From Actinomycetota bacterium (GTDB lineage Bacteria > Actinomycetota > Actinomycetes > Nanopelagicales > Nanopelagicaceae): a stretch of 64,000 nucleotides of DNA. Both the position numbers and the translations under genes were made by a program. This document shows positions 21,952 to 32,439 of this stretch, in pieces; position 1 is the first letter of the stretch; every line of letters begins with the position of its first letter. Location of the stretch: contig JACSDF010000003.1 in NCBI GenBank assembly GCA_015660815.1, forward strand, positions 133,704 through 197,703. The letters run 5' to 3'. The notes under the pieces were generated by a model, which saw nothing but the letters and a program-made list of their open reading frames with translations, ran no database searches and had not been told where the DNA came from.

Positions 21952-23444
21952 CTCTTATCTTCAATCGCTCGGGCTAATTCGATTCGATCATCAAAGGAAT
22001 AAATAACACCATCAATTTCCTGTCCCTTTTCATGACCTTTGCCTAAGATAATCACGACATCACCGCTCTTTGCGTGATTGACGGCGGTTTTAATTGCCAT
22101 GGTGCGATCAGTGATGACTTGATTCGGCGCTAAAATCTCAATATTTTCAACCATTTGTTTCAGAATTACTTCAGGATCTTCACTTCGGGGATTATCGCTA
22201 GTAAAAATCGCTATATCCGCGCCATTTCGAAGCGCCATTCCCATTAATGACCTTTTTGATGTATCCCTATCTCCACCGCAGCCCAAAACCGCGATGACAT
22301 TTCCATCTGAAATTTCATGGGCGGTTTCTAGAACACGCGCAACAGCATCGGGAGAGTGAGCGTAATCAACTAACGCAGTAAATTTTTGTCCTAGACGAAC
22401 AGCCTCTAGTCGACCTTTCGCTCCAGTTAGTTTCGGAATTATTGCAGCCACGTCTATCGGGTCGACTCCACTTTCTACAGCAATTGCTACAGCCATAAGT
22501 AGATTGTCATAATTGAATCCGCCGTAAAGGGATGTCTTGCACTCGATGAGAATTCCACCGCTACCCCTAATTGAAACTGAAGCGCCAATATAGTCAGGAG
22601 TAATTGATGTGTAGTGCCAAGTCGCCTTTGAGTTGGAACGAGAAAGCGTTATTACTGGAAGTTGGGTCAAATCCGCCAGTCTCGCGCCATATTGGTCGTC
22701 TATATTAATGACAGCAAGATCGGCAAACTCGAAAGTAAATAGTTCAGCCTTGACTTTAAAATAGCTCTCCATTGACTTATGAAAATCCAAGTGGTCTTGA
22801 GAAAGATTTGTGAATCCAACGACAGCGAAGTGGCTACCTCGAACTCGTTCTAAACTTATTGCGTGACTTGAAACCTCCATGATGATATTGCGCATATGAC
22901 GCTCTCGCATAAGTGCACAGAGGGCCTGTAACTCTGAACTTTCCGGTGTAGTCCTTTTACTTGATAGTGCTTCAATACCTATCCGAGTTTCCACTGTACC
23001 GATGAGCCCGCTCTCTCGCCCTGCGGCTTGCATAATCTGGTGCAACAAAGTCGTTACGGTAGTTTTACCGTTAGTACCAGTAATTCCAATGCTATATAAA
23101 TCTCGCATAGGTTCGCTATAGAACCAAGCACTTAACACCCCTGCTGATCGCCGCGGATTCGAACTAATCAGAACTGGTACTCCACTGATCTTTGATGCTC
23201 CTAAAGCATCGGTAAGAACTACCACAGCGCCTCTGGCAATTGCATCGGGTGCAAAATCTGCACCATGGAAATTCTCACCCGGCAACGCTACAAAGATATC
23301 TCCAGCAACGATGTTGCTGCTAGTTTGTGAGACTCCAGTTATTTCAATCAACGATAACTCTTCTTTAGTCATCTTTGACGTTGCACCAACTACAGAGAGA
23401 ATTGAAGCAAGATTTTTGCTGGAGTTACTTAGTGGTCTTTGCAC
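21948..23444 (-). CDS. murE: UDP-MurNAc-dipeptide--diamino acid ligase
   Basis: GTNGKTT, TTPES, MEVSSHA, DYAHSPD, DNPRSE, GKGHE. Confidence 0.96.
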   Translation of the reverse strand: MQRPLSNSSKNLASILSVVGATSKMTKEELSLIEITGVSQTSSNIVAGDIFVALPGENFHGADFAPDAIARGAVVVLTDALGASKISGVPVLISSNPRRSAGVLSAWFYSEPMRDLYSIGITGTNGKTTVTTLLHQIMQAAGRESGLIGTVETRIGIEALSSKRTTPESSELQALCALMRERHMRNIIMEVSSHAISLERVRGSHFAVVGFTNLSQDHLDFHKSMESYFKVKAELFTFEFADLAVINIDDQYGARLADLTQLPVITLSRSNSKATWHYTSITPDYIGASVSIRGSGGILIECKTSLYGGFNYDNLLMAVAIAVESGVDPIDVAAIIPKLTGAKGRLEAVRLGQKFTALVDYAHSPDAVARVLETAHEISDGNVIAVLGCGGDRDTSKRSLMGMALRNGADIAIFTSDNPRSEDPEVILKQMVENIEILAPNQVITDRTMAIKTAVNHAKSGDVVIILGKGHEKGQEIDGVIYSFDDRIELARAIEDKR

Positions 23445-25224
23445 TCGCCACCCTCTTTGCTACTAATTCTCTTTCCGTCAGTGCCACCGGAATAACAGTT
23501 GTACCAGTTGGTGCAATGTGTCGACTCTGCAAAACAAAAGACATGACCTGTTTAAAGACTGGACCACCAAGTGCACCGCCCCAATGCATACCCTTAGGAT
23601 CTTGAATCGTTACGCTGATTACATAGGCAGGTTTATCTGCAGGTGCAAAGCCAATAAATGAAGCGGTGTAGCCGCGATAACATCCGCACGTGTCATCAAT
23701 GCGCATTGCAGTTCCGGTTTTTCCAGCGACTCGATAGCCATTTATAGCCGCGCTAGGCGCAGTTCCTGCAGATGAAACAACACTCTCCATCATTATTCGC
23801 ATCGCCTTAGCGGTTTCAATACTTACAACTCGTTCACTCGTGCGACCTTGCGCTGGGGTGTAGTTACCGCTGGAATCACTCGTACCAGCAATTACGGTTG
23901 GAGAGACTCGTACACCGTTATTTGCAATTGTCGCGAAAATACTGGTGGCCTGCATCGACGTTAAGGAGTAGCCCTGACCAAATGCCACCGTTGGAGCAGT
24001 TGTACCTGACCAATCAGCTACTTCCGGCAGAATTCCGCGGGATTCACCTGGAAGCCCCGAACCAGTTTTAACTCCAACACCGAACTTCGAAAGATAGTCA
24101 TAAAGTACTTGGTTAGGTAGAAGTTCACCGATCTTTATTGTTCCAGTATTGCTGGATACCGCTAAAACACCTGAGACAGTCAGACGTTGAGTGGGATGTT
24201 TTTCATGGTCACGAAAAACTTCATTAGAACGCTTAAGTTTATAAGGAATCGTAAATACCGTATCGGAGGTTATTTTCTTCTCCTCTAAAGCCGCGGCGAC
24301 TGTCATAATCTTCCCCGTTGACCCAGGTTCGTAAACATCTTGAACGGATGGATTTCGCATCGCAACCAGAGATACTTTAGACGTGTGATTTGGATTGAAA
24401 GTTGGAGCTGTTGCATGGGCTAAAATTTCACCTGTTGCAGGATCCATAACAATGACGGTCCCGCTAATAGCTCTAGATGATTTAACGGCGTCAGAGATTG
24501 CCCTGGAAGCCACCCATTGAATATCACGGTCAATAGTTAAACGCACCGACGTTCCTGCCTGGGCTGGAATTATTTCAGACTGAGATCCCGGAATTTCGGC
24601 CCCATAGCCATTGGCATAGGAGTATTTGCCCTCAACTCCTGAAATTATTGAGTTCATGCTGGATTCAAGACCCGTTGCTCCCACGCCACTGCGATTAACA
24701 AAGCCAACAAGTGAAGCTACGAGTGAACCGGAGGGATATTCGCGAATGTAGCTGTTCTCTGGATAAAAACCAATGATGCGATCAGGACTCATCGCTGGAA
24801 ACTTTTCATTATATGTTGATATCTCTGAGTTCAATTTCTGCCAGGTTGCAGGTTTAGCATTTTGAAAGACCATGCTCCATTTACGATCACCAGAAATACT
24901 TGATTTAACTTCTTCCACAGTTAATCCTAAAATAGGTGCAACAAAACTCGCTACACGCGAAGGATTTGTGATCTGTGTTTGATCTACAACAATACTTGTG
25001 GCCGCCACGCTTCGCGCGAAAGCAACGCCATTTACATCGGTTATTTCACCGCGTGGAGCCAAAAGAGAACGAGTATTTTCCATTTCATTGACTGCGCGCA
25101 AACGGTAGTCCTCAGCTTGTAAGGCTTGAACTTGAACCAGGCGAACTCCAAACAAAAGCATGAAGACAGTAATTACAAGTACTAAGAGTCGAATGCGGCT
25201 GTGCGCAAGGGCAAAATTACCCAT
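23425..25224 (-). CDS. ftsI: Class B penicillin-binding protein FtsI (PBP3)
   Basis: SxxK (GSTGK), SxN (SSN), KTG motifs; start placed at ATG 25224 overlapping the ftsL stop (ORF track extends to 25257). Confidence 0.93.
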   Translation of the reverse strand: MGNFALAHSRIRLLVLVITVFMLLFGVRLVQVQALQAEDYRLRAVNEMENTRSLLAPRGEITDVNGVAFARSVAATSIVVDQTQITNPSRVASFVAPILGLTVEEVKSSISGDRKWSMVFQNAKPATWQKLNSEISTYNEKFPAMSPDRIIGFYPENSYIREYPSGSLVASLVGFVNRSGVGATGLESSMNSIISGVEGKYSYANGYGAEIPGSQSEIIPAQAGTSVRLTIDRDIQWVASRAISDAVKSSRAISGTVIVMDPATGEILAHATAPTFNPNHTSKVSLVAMRNPSVQDVYEPGSTGKIMTVAAALEEKKITSDTVFTIPYKLKRSNEVFRDHEKHPTQRLTVSGVLAVSSNTGTIKIGELLPNQVLYDYLSKFGVGVKTGSGLPGESRGILPEVADWSGTTAPTVAFGQGYSLTSMQATSIFATIANNGVRVSPTVIAGTSDSSGNYTPAQGRTSERVVSIETAKAMRIMMESVVSSAGTAPSAAINGYRVAGKTGTAMRIDDTCGCYRGYTASFIGFAPADKPAYVISVTIQDPKGMHWGGALGGPVFKQVMSFVLQSRHIAPTGTTVIPVALTERELVAKRVASAKTTK

Positions 25225-25618
25225 TACTCGCCCTCTGCGATTCATTACTTTCGGCATCTAAGTTTAAAAATACTGGGGATTCTGAAGGTTTCATTCCAAG
25301 TGCGGCAGCGGATCGAGCAAGTGCCTCAGGGGATGATTGAGCATCGATTTGACGTGCGATCGCCTCTCGCTGATCACTTACCATCTTCACTTCCAGTTTA
25401 AGGTTCGTAAGTTCAAAAGCATCCTGTGCCAAAAGAGTATTTATAGTAAGGAGTACAAGTAATCCAATTGCCCCTACAGTAGAAACAAAGATTGCGAAGA
25501 ATTTTCTATCTGCCTGTGCACCAGGAGAAATATCAGGAACAAGTTTTAGGGCTGCCTTCGTCGATTTTTGTGCAAGCTTTTCTCGTGAACGAGAAACTGT
25601 CGATGCCGTCAATGCCAT
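25217..25618 (-). CDS. ftsL: FtsL-like cell division protein
   Basis: 133 aa, one TM followed by leucine heptads; between rsmH and ftsI. Confidence 0.75.
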   Translation of the reverse strand: MALTASTVSRSREKLAQKSTKAALKLVPDISPGAQADRKFFAIFVSTVGAIGLLVLLTINTLLAQDAFELTNLKLEVKMVSDQREAIARQIDAQSSPEALARSAAALGMKPSESPVFLNLDAESNESQRASNG

Positions 25619-26571
25619 TATGCGGCCACTCTTTCTATAGCACGCAAACGCACAGATGCCGAACGTGAGTTTTCATCTAGTTCTTGGGCATTCGGTTTTT
25701 CGCTTCCGCGAAAGACAAGCGAAAACTTAGCTGCTAATTCAGGTAACTCAAATGGAAGTTCGCGAGGTGTTCCTGATGTTGTCGATTCAACAAAGAGATT
25801 TTTTACAATTCGATCTTCAAGAGATTGAAAAGACATAACAACAAGTCGTCCTCCAACGCAGAGCAGTTTTAGTGCAATTGGCAGAGCTCGAGTTATCGCA
25901 CCAAGCTCATCGTTGGTTTCTATACGAAGGGCTTGAAATGTTCGCTTAGCTGGGTTACCACCGGTACGACGAGTAGCTGCTGGAATAGCATTCTTGACCA
26001 ATGTTGCAAGTTGGGTAGTTGAGTTAAGGGGTGCCACTGCACGTGCCTTTACAATCGATTCAACTACGCGGGTTGCAAATTTCTCTTCCCCGTATAAACG
26101 CAAAATTCGAACTAATTGACCGGGTTCATAGGTGTTGATGATTTCGGCGGCGGTTAAACTTTGGCTCTGATCCATTCGCATATCAAGTGGAGCATCATGT
26201 GAGTATGAAAAACCACGATTAGTTTCATCCAACTGCATTGATGAAACTCCAAGATCGAAAAGTGCACCAGTAATTTGCGTGTAGCCAAATGATTCAACAA
26301 CGCTGCCTATTGAATCAAAGCTGGCATGAGAAGTAAGTAACCGATCAGAGAATGCTGCCAGTCTGTGAGTTGCTTTGACCAATGCATCGTGATCGCGATC
26401 GATACCAATAACTGTTAGTGCAGGAAACTTTTCTAGCAAGGCTTCAGTGTGTCCTCCGAGGCCTAAAGTCGCATCAACAATTACTGGATTCTCAGTCGCC
26501 ATAATTGCAGGTTCGAGGAGTTCGATGCATCGATCACGCATTACAGATATGTGTGCATTTTTATCAATCAT
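25618..26571 (-). CDS. rsmH: 16S rRNA m4C1402 methyltransferase RsmH (MraW)
   Basis: HISVM, DATLGLGGH, DLGVSSMQLD, PLDMRM, FQALRI, SFQSLEDR. Confidence 0.97.
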   Translation of the reverse strand: MIDKNAHISVMRDRCIELLEPAIMATENPVIVDATLGLGGHTEALLEKFPALTVIGIDRDHDALVKATHRLAAFSDRLLTSHASFDSIGSVVESFGYTQITGALFDLGVSSMQLDETNRGFSYSHDAPLDMRMDQSQSLTAAEIINTYEPGQLVRILRLYGEEKFATRVVESIVKARAVAPLNSTTQLATLVKNAIPAATRRTGGNPAKRTFQALRIETNDELGAITRALPIALKLLCVGGRLVVMSFQSLEDRIVKNLFVESTTSGTPRELPFELPELAAKFSLVFRGSEKPNAQELDENSRSASVRLRAIERVAA

Positions 26572-26620
26572 TACTCCCCCTTTACTTGAAATTTAATTTC
26601 TATTTACTTTCATTGTTTTC

Positions 26621-26726
26621 AACTCTCATCTCTGGTCACCGCCGGCCGACGGATCTATTTAGTAGCGGCGCCGGGGAAGGGGCGCCGATACGTTCGAAAG
26701 GTCGGCGGTGGCCACAAATGAGAGTT
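26621..26726 (-). ncRNA. mraW RNA motif (long hairpin with CUUCCCC loop)
   Basis: Inner hairpin CGGCGCC-CCTTCCCC-GGCGCCG (26666-26687), flanked by paired arms TGGCCACCGCCGAC / CGGCGGTGACCA and AACTCTCAT / ATGAGAGTT; lies between mraZ and mraW, the known location of this actinobacterial motif. Confidence 0.8.
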
Positions 26727-26728
26727 AG

Positions 26729-27160
26729 TTAAAACAAACCTGGAAATACCTCCTCAGAAACATCTGCAAAACTCTTTTCGCGATCTGTTAAATACTCATT
26801 CCATGATGTTGAATCCCAAATTTCAACGCGTGTGTTCGCTCCGATGACAACGCAATCTTTTTCGAGTCCGGCATAAGTACGAAGATTTTGCGGAATTGTT
26901 ATGCGACCTTGTCGATCAGGAATCTCATCGTGCGCGCCGGCAAACATCACTCGGCTGTAATCGCGAGCTGCTTTAGCAGTGACTGGCGCTTGTTTTAACG
27001 TCTGTGTTATAACTTCAAATTCACTTGAAGGGAAAACATAAAGGCAACGTTCTTGACCTTTTGTAATGACTAAACCAGATGCCAACTCTTCACGAAATTT
27101 TGCGGGGAGAATGAGTCGGCCTTTTTCATCTAGACGTGGTTCATGGGTACCAAGAAACAT
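26729..27160 (-). CDS. mraZ: Division/cell wall cluster transcriptional repressor MraZ
   Basis: [23 protein letters not shown]; second repeat DRQGRITIP; VEIWD. Confidence 0.98.
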   Translation of the reverse strand: MFLGTHEPRLDEKGRLILPAKFREELASGLVITKGQERCLYVFPSSEFEVITQTLKQAPVTAKAARDYSRVMFAGAHDEIPDRQGRITIPQNLRTYAGLEKDCVVIGANTRVEIWDSTSWNEYLTDREKSFADVSEEVFPGLF

Positions 27161-27210
27161 ATGTACCCCTTCCCCAAGGTCCTTCGCCGTGTGAAACTTC
27201 GGCTTATTTC

Positions 27211-27286
27211 CCCACTTTACTCCATTTTCCCCCTTTTTGCACCACTTTTAGCCAAATATTTGCTCTTTCCATCCACATTGCCCCAC
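27211..27286 (-). promoter_or_regulatory. MraZ-binding GTGGG-type direct repeats
   Basis: Plus-strand CCCAC(27211), TCCAT(27221), degenerate CCC(27231), ACCAC(27241), GCCAA(27251) in 10-bp phase, plus TCCAC(27272) and CCCAC(27282). Confidence 0.75.
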
Positions 27287-27295
27287 CTTAAAGGC

Positions 27296-27328
27296 AAAAA
27301 AATGGCCCCCCTATGTACGGGAGGCCAT
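27296..27328 (-). terminator. Intrinsic terminator downstream of the DUF3040 gene
   Basis: Minus strand ATGGCCTCCC-GTACATA-GGGGGGCCAT (10-bp stem with one G-U) followed by a U-tract. Confidence 0.8.
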
Positions 27329-27345
27329 CTCATAGAAACTAGTAG

Positions 27346-27693
27346 TTATTGATTATTACGCTCATCCCAACGCTGTTCAAGGCGAGAACCAAGACCTGCG
27401 CCCTTGCGAGCGCCTTTTATGCGAGGGCTACGCGTTCCCACAGAGGAGACGATTGCAATTACTCCAGTGAGTGCGATGAGAAAGCCAAGAACTCCGATGG
27501 GTGTTGTTTTGGACACTAAGCCAGCAAAGAGCGTCACTACACCAATGAGAATGAAAGCGGCTCCAACCAGAGTTCGCTTTCGTCGCGGCGGCCGAGCTTC
27601 ACCAGATAAGGCTGAAAATAGGCGTGGATCCTCGGTTAAGAGCGCAGCTTCCATCTCCTGGAGCATCCGCTTCTCATGATCAGATAATGGCAT
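27346..27693 (-). CDS. DUF3040 family membrane protein
   Basis: MPLSDHEKRMLQEMEAALLTEDPRL N-terminus, two TMs, C-terminal LEQRWDER; usual position upstream of mraZ. Confidence 0.88.
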   Translation of the reverse strand: MPLSDHEKRMLQEMEAALLTEDPRLFSALSGEARPPRRKRTLVGAAFILIGVVTLFAGLVSKTTPIGVLGFLIALTGVIAIVSSVGTRSPRIKGARKGAGLGSRLEQRWDERNNQ

Positions 27694-27729
27694 ATGGCCA
27701 TAATAGAGAATTTTTCTCGCAGGTGCTAC

Positions 27730-28905
27730 TTATTCATTCTCTGGTGCCGTGGGTTTAATCAATCGGGCTGGACGCACGCTTCCGGCGCCAAATCGAGCCC
27801 TTGCACGGTCAATAGCACCATCGGCTTGGCGCCAACCACTCTCCCGTGCTCCTAAAACCAGCTGCTCTGGAGCACCCCCGCTTAAATTCTCAAGGCTGAC
27901 TCCGACTAATCGAAGGCGAGCCCGGCCGATTTTGAGCGCGTCATAGAGGACCTTTACAACCTCATAAATCTCATGTGTTCCATTGATCGGAAGTGCAAGA
28001 GTTTTAGATCTATTAATAGTTGAAAAATCGGCAAAGCGAACTTTTATTGAAATAGTTTTAGTAAAGAGTTCTTTATCGCGAAGCCTCGCTGATGCACGTT
28101 CGGTTAAGCGCAAAAATTCAGTCAAAATTTCAGCAGGGTTATCTAGATCTCGGGCGAAAGTTTCGGCTGCGCTAATACTCTTTTCAGCATCATGTGGAGT
28201 CACATCGCGATAGTCGCGACCCCACGCAAGTTCATGGAGTGATGCCCCACTGGCCTGTCCCAATGCACGAATCAAAGTAGCGCGTGGCAGGTTCGCGATA
28301 TCTTCAATTGTGCGTAGACCTAAACGCTCAAGAGTTTGTGCTGTTTTTTCTCCTACTCCCCACATCGCTTGAATCGGTAATGGATGTAAGAAAGTTAGAA
28401 TCCGATCTGCTGTAATTTCAAGCATTCCATTAGGTTTGCAGTTCTGCGATGCAAGTTTTGCAATGAACTTTGATGGTGCGATTCCAACTGAACATGTTAT
28501 GCCCTCTTGCGCCTCTACCTTTGCTCGTATCAATGTTGCAATTTCGCGCGGTGAGCCAATTAAGCGTTCTACCCCGCTCACATCTAAGAAGGCCTCATCG
28601 AGAGAGATGGGTTCGACCCATGGAGTAAAACTTTCGAAAATCTTCATAACGTGTGATGAGACTTCTTTATAGCGCGCCATATCTACCGGTAAAAAGATTG
28701 CGTGAGGTGCTAACCGGCGAGCTCGACCTACCGGCATCGCTGCATGTATTCCAAATTTACGAGCCTCATAATTAGCGGCCGAAACAACGCCACGCACACC
28801 CATTCCAATGACTACTGCTTTACCTTTTAGTTCGGGGTTGTCGCGCTCGGCAACGGAGGCAAAAAACGCATCCATGTCCACATGAAGAATCGAGGCCGAA
28901 CTCAT
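27730..28905 (-). CDS. dinB: DNA polymerase IV (Y-family), catalytic residues intact
   Basis: HVDMDAFFAS, SAANYEAR, SLDEAFLD, clamp-like QLVL near the C-terminus. Confidence 0.95.
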   Translation of the reverse strand: MSSASILHVDMDAFFASVAERDNPELKGKAVVIGMGVRGVVSAANYEARKFGIHAAMPVGRARRLAPHAIFLPVDMARYKEVSSHVMKIFESFTPWVEPISLDEAFLDVSGVERLIGSPREIATLIRAKVEAQEGITCSVGIAPSKFIAKLASQNCKPNGMLEITADRILTFLHPLPIQAMWGVGEKTAQTLERLGLRTIEDIANLPRATLIRALGQASGASLHELAWGRDYRDVTPHDAEKSISAAETFARDLDNPAEILTEFLRLTERASARLRDKELFTKTISIKVRFADFSTINRSKTLALPINGTHEIYEVVKVLYDALKIGRARLRLVGVSLENLSGGAPEQLVLGARESGWRQADGAIDRARARFGAGSVRPARLIKPTAPENE

Positions 28906-31900
28906 ATTGCCAGCGTACTTTCTTTAGTACGCCACGTTTCATATGCCGCGCGCAAATCCCAGGCGCCTGTTCCATTAATTGAAATTCCACGCGCACCTGT
29001 TCGGCGGGTAATGCCCCGAACCAGCAACAGGGATGATGAATACAGAACGCTGGCATAGTCGGTCTGTACATCGCTAAAGAATGCCGAGTCGCTACAGCCA
29101 TAGCCATCATCGAGAGTTAAAAAGATAACTCGTTTACCTGAGCGCACGGGTGGCGTCTGCATCGCAACTTTAATGCCAGCTACAAGAACACTAGAGCGTG
29201 AACGAGCCTCTAGTAACTGCGATGATCGAACAGCGCCGATAGCATTAAGAAAATCGCTATAAAACTCAATTAAATGGCGGGACATGTCAATGCCTAAGCG
29301 ATCAACTTCATGGCGCACGCTTTCGGCAGAGTTCATATCGGGAAGACCGCTGCTAATGAGAGCGGGCGGGGCAAATGCTAAGTTCATTTGTGCGCCAGAG
29401 ATAGTTTTATTCGGCGAGCGTTCTAAATCAGATAGATGAAGCAAAAGATCACGGCGGTTAACATCGGTATGTAAGCGGTCAAAGGCTCCTGTAAGAATCA
29501 TGCTTTCAGTAACTGGAGCACTGCTACCAGAACGATGTATGAAGTCAGAGAGATCCGTGTAAGGACGACCAGCGATAATCGATGCAATCTCACCATCACT
29601 AATCTTTGAAATAGTCGATAGCGCAATACGGATTGCTCTCCCTTTTTCTTCAACACGATATAGGGAATCCGATTCATTAACATCTAGTGGTGCGATAGCA
29701 ATCGACATCTGACGCGCCTCATCGACGATTAAACGTTTGGGATACATGCCCGGCTCGTGCGTGAGAACCCCTGCCAAAAAAGCTGCGGGGTAATGTGTTT
29801 TAAGCCAAGCTGATTGGTATGTGGGCATGGCAAAGGCGGCGGCATGGGCTTTGCAAAAACCAAAAGATGCAAAGGCGCGCAAAAGCTCCCAAATCTCATT
29901 GATGATGGGTAGTTCATATCCGCGCGATGTCGCGGCGGGGAAAAACCAGTCACAGACCTCTTGCGCACCGCTCTTATCTCCCAACGCGCGACGTTTTTCA
30001 TCGGCGCTAGCTAAAGAAGCACCTGTCATCGCTGCAATGATTTGGATTACTTGCTCGTGAAAGACAACGACTCCCTCAGTATCTCGCAAGATTTCATAGA
30101 GATCGGGGTGAATAATCTGGGCTTTGCTCCACCCATGACGTGCCTTTAAAAAAGGCGTAATCATGTCACCTTTAACCGGGCCTGGACGAAAGAGGGAGAT
30201 ATCGATAATCAAATCAGTAAAGGTTTTAGGCTCGAGTTTGCCAACTAGTTCGCGCTGGCCCGGACTTTCAACTTGGAAAATTCCAAGGGTACGTGTTGAT
30301 TGAATCAACTCATATGTCCGTGCATCATCTAGTGGTACTGCATCGATATCGATCTTCATATCCTGTGTGCGTTCGATTTCAGTGAGAGCATATGAAATAG
30401 CAGATTGCATGCGCACACCCAGTACATCGAGTTTTAATAAGCCAATTGCTTCGACATCATCTTTATCAAAGATGGACATCGGATAACCGCTAGCGTTAGC
30501 AACCAGTGGCGTGCGATCTAGTAGGCCACCATCAGATAAAACGATCGCGCATGGATGCATTGCTAAATGCCTTGGTAGTCCATCAAGGCGCTCGGCTAGG
30601 GCGATCGTCATCGCAGTAAGCGGGGCTTTAACATTAAGAGATTTAAGTTCAGGCAGGTTTTCAAGTGCGCTAGATATATTGCGTGCACGTACATGTGGCA
30701 TTGACTTTGCCAACATATCAATCTCCATCGCAGGAAGGCCAAGGGCCGCCCCGGCATCGCGAATTGCATGCCTGGCTCGATATGTATCGACCATCGCAAC
30801 GGTTGCGCAGCGCGATTGATTATTGGGTGTGTCCCAGTTTGTATCGCCATAGCGTTTGAAAACCATGTCATAGATTTCAAGGCGTCGATGAGATTCAACA
30901 TCGATATCGATATCAGGCAGAGCTCTGCGAAGCGGTGAACAAAAGCGCTCCATTAATAAGCCGTGCGCCATGGGTTCAACACCTGAGATTCCAAGTAAGT
31001 GACAGATAAGTGAGCCCGCACCACTACCGCGAGCGGCCACGCGGATACCAGCACCCCGCGCCATGTCGCAGATATCGGCAACGGTTAAAAAATACGATTC
31101 AAAACCCAGTGTCGCAATCGTTGATAGTTCATCATCTAAACGTACGCGCGCTTTTTTAATCGCACCACTATCGCTATAGCGCCAGTTGATTCCGGCTTCA
31201 CTTCGAGTGCGCAATACCATGCGCATCTCATGTGCAGATTGCGCACCGACGACATGGGGCTCGGGTAAGTGCGCGCCACCCAAACCAATATCGCGTGCAG
31301 GAGATAATAAAGCGCGCTCGGCCCACGCCCGAGTCGTTGCAAGTAATTGACGCGGTGTGCGCTCTCCAGCTGCACGCGCAATTTCTCCAGCTAATAAAAC
31401 CATCTCATCGCCGGATTTTAAAAAGCCCTCAGCATTACGGCGCTCAACATGGCGCGGATGCAGTGGTACTAACTGGCGAGCGCAATCTAAAACATCTGCC
31501 ACCGGTCCGTCAGCGCGATCTCGCATGCGTACAGCATTTGTAATAACGGCATCGATATCGTGATCGCGAGCAAAAATTAGTGACTTAGCAGCATGTACCA
31601 TCGAGCGCGGGCCTTTGCCTGCAACTACATGTGATACACATTCAATGGCATTGCCGGCAAATAAATCTCGTGTTGTATTAAATGCAGTAAAAGCTGCATC
31701 GATACGGTTATCGGTTAGTAGCGCGCCCACTGGTGATTCGGGGCCATGCAGTGCGTAGAGATGTGAACTGTAATGGTTAAAGCGTTGCAGGAATTCAAGG
31801 GTAAGAACGGGGTTACGATTATCACTCACCATGGCAAGGGATGTAAGTAATCGGCACAACGCCGACCATCCCCCATCACTATGAGCAAGTAGTGTGATGC

Positions 31901-32129
31901 GGTTTTTAACACTCCCTACATCAATACCGAGATTGACTCCGATGATTGGTGCAATGCCATAGTCAAGACAGCTTTGTGCAAAGCGAACTGCGCCAGCTAA
32001 ACCATCGCGATCGGTCAGCGCTAGAGCTGGCATCTCAAACTCGGCTGCGCGCGCAACTAAATCACGTGGCTGGGTTGTGCCGTATTTGAGTGAGTAGGCA
32101 CTTGCAACATTGAGGTGAATAAAACTCAT
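28902..32129 (-). CDS. dnaE2: Error-prone DNA polymerase III alpha DnaE2 (ImuC)
   Basis: 1075 aa second alpha subunit; degenerate PHP (HLNVASAYS), PDIDID, LKLDVLG, GFCKAHAAAFA. Confidence 0.93.
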   Translation of the reverse strand: MSFIHLNVASAYSLKYGTTQPRDLVARAAEFEMPALALTDRDGLAGAVRFAQSCLDYGIAPIIGVNLGIDVGSVKNRITLLAHSDGGWSALCRLLTSLAMVSDNRNPVLTLEFLQRFNHYSSHLYALHGPESPVGALLTDNRIDAAFTAFNTTRDLFAGNAIECVSHVVAGKGPRSMVHAAKSLIFARDHDIDAVITNAVRMRDRADGPVADVLDCARQLVPLHPRHVERRNAEGFLKSGDEMVLLAGEIARAAGERTPRQLLATTRAWAERALLSPARDIGLGGAHLPEPHVVGAQSAHEMRMVLRTRSEAGINWRYSDSGAIKKARVRLDDELSTIATLGFESYFLTVADICDMARGAGIRVAARGSGAGSLICHLLGISGVEPMAHGLLMERFCSPLRRALPDIDIDVESHRRLEIYDMVFKRYGDTNWDTPNNQSRCATVAMVDTYRARHAIRDAGAALGLPAMEIDMLAKSMPHVRARNISSALENLPELKSLNVKAPLTAMTIALAERLDGLPRHLAMHPCAIVLSDGGLLDRTPLVANASGYPMSIFDKDDVEAIGLLKLDVLGVRMQSAISYALTEIERTQDMKIDIDAVPLDDARTYELIQSTRTLGIFQVESPGQRELVGKLEPKTFTDLIIDISLFRPGPVKGDMITPFLKARHGWSKAQIIHPDLYEILRDTEGVVVFHEQVIQIIAAMTGASLASADEKRRALGDKSGAQEVCDWFFPAATSRGYELPIINEIWELLRAFASFGFCKAHAAAFAMPTYQSAWLKTHYPAAFLAGVLTHEPGMYPKRLIVDEARQMSIAIAPLDVNESDSLYRVEEKGRAIRIALSTISKISDGEIASIIAGRPYTDLSDFIHRSGSSAPVTESMILTGAFDRLHTDVNRRDLLLHLSDLERSPNKTISGAQMNLAFAPPALISSGLPDMNSAESVRHEVDRLGIDMSRHLIEFYSDFLNAIGAVRSSQLLEARSRSSVLVAGIKVAMQTPPVRSGKRVIFLTLDDGYGCSDSAFFSDVQTDYASVLYSSSLLLVRGITRRTGARGISINGTGAWDLRAAYETWRTKESTLAI

Positions 32130-32407
32130 ATCGATCTAATAATCCATTGACCGCTGAGTTCGTCGCGTTCTAATTCGAAGGTTGTAAGAGCTCCAATCGG
32201 GGCCGCCTCAACGCGCCACACTGCACGAGCGGCATCATCGGGGCGATACTTTCCATCGCTAATTCGATTCCACCACCCTCCGGCTTCACACCATCTGGAT
32301 AAAACTGCGTGGATACGAAAGCGCTTGCCCTTGAAAGTAAACTCGATAGGAGTAGTTGCGCCATCGATCATGACATCGTGGGCGGAGTTAATCTGAGGGG
32401 CTGACAT
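32126..32407 (-). CDS. DUF6504-like small protein (resembles the ImuB C-terminal domain)
   Basis: 93 aa; P..F.FKGKRFRIHAVLSRW...GGWW...WRVE...FEL......W pattern; ATGA overlap with the dnaE2 start. Confidence 0.75.
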   Translation of the reverse strand: MSAPQINSAHDVMIDGATTPIEFTFKGKRFRIHAVLSRWCEAGGWWNRISDGKYRPDDAARAVWRVEAAPIGALTTFELERDELSGQWIIRSI

Positions 32408-32439
32408 TTCTACGGTGTGCTCCTTGTAGCTGTGGATAT

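Noticed and set aside
27211-27286. Periodic repeats considered as a CRISPR or tandem repeat
   Set aside because: 5-bp motifs at 10-bp phase with no spacers or cas genes; explained as MraZ boxes
28820-29110. 96-aa alternative-frame ORF spanning the dnaE2/dinB junction
   Set aside because: Entirely within two well-supported genes; no RBS or motif
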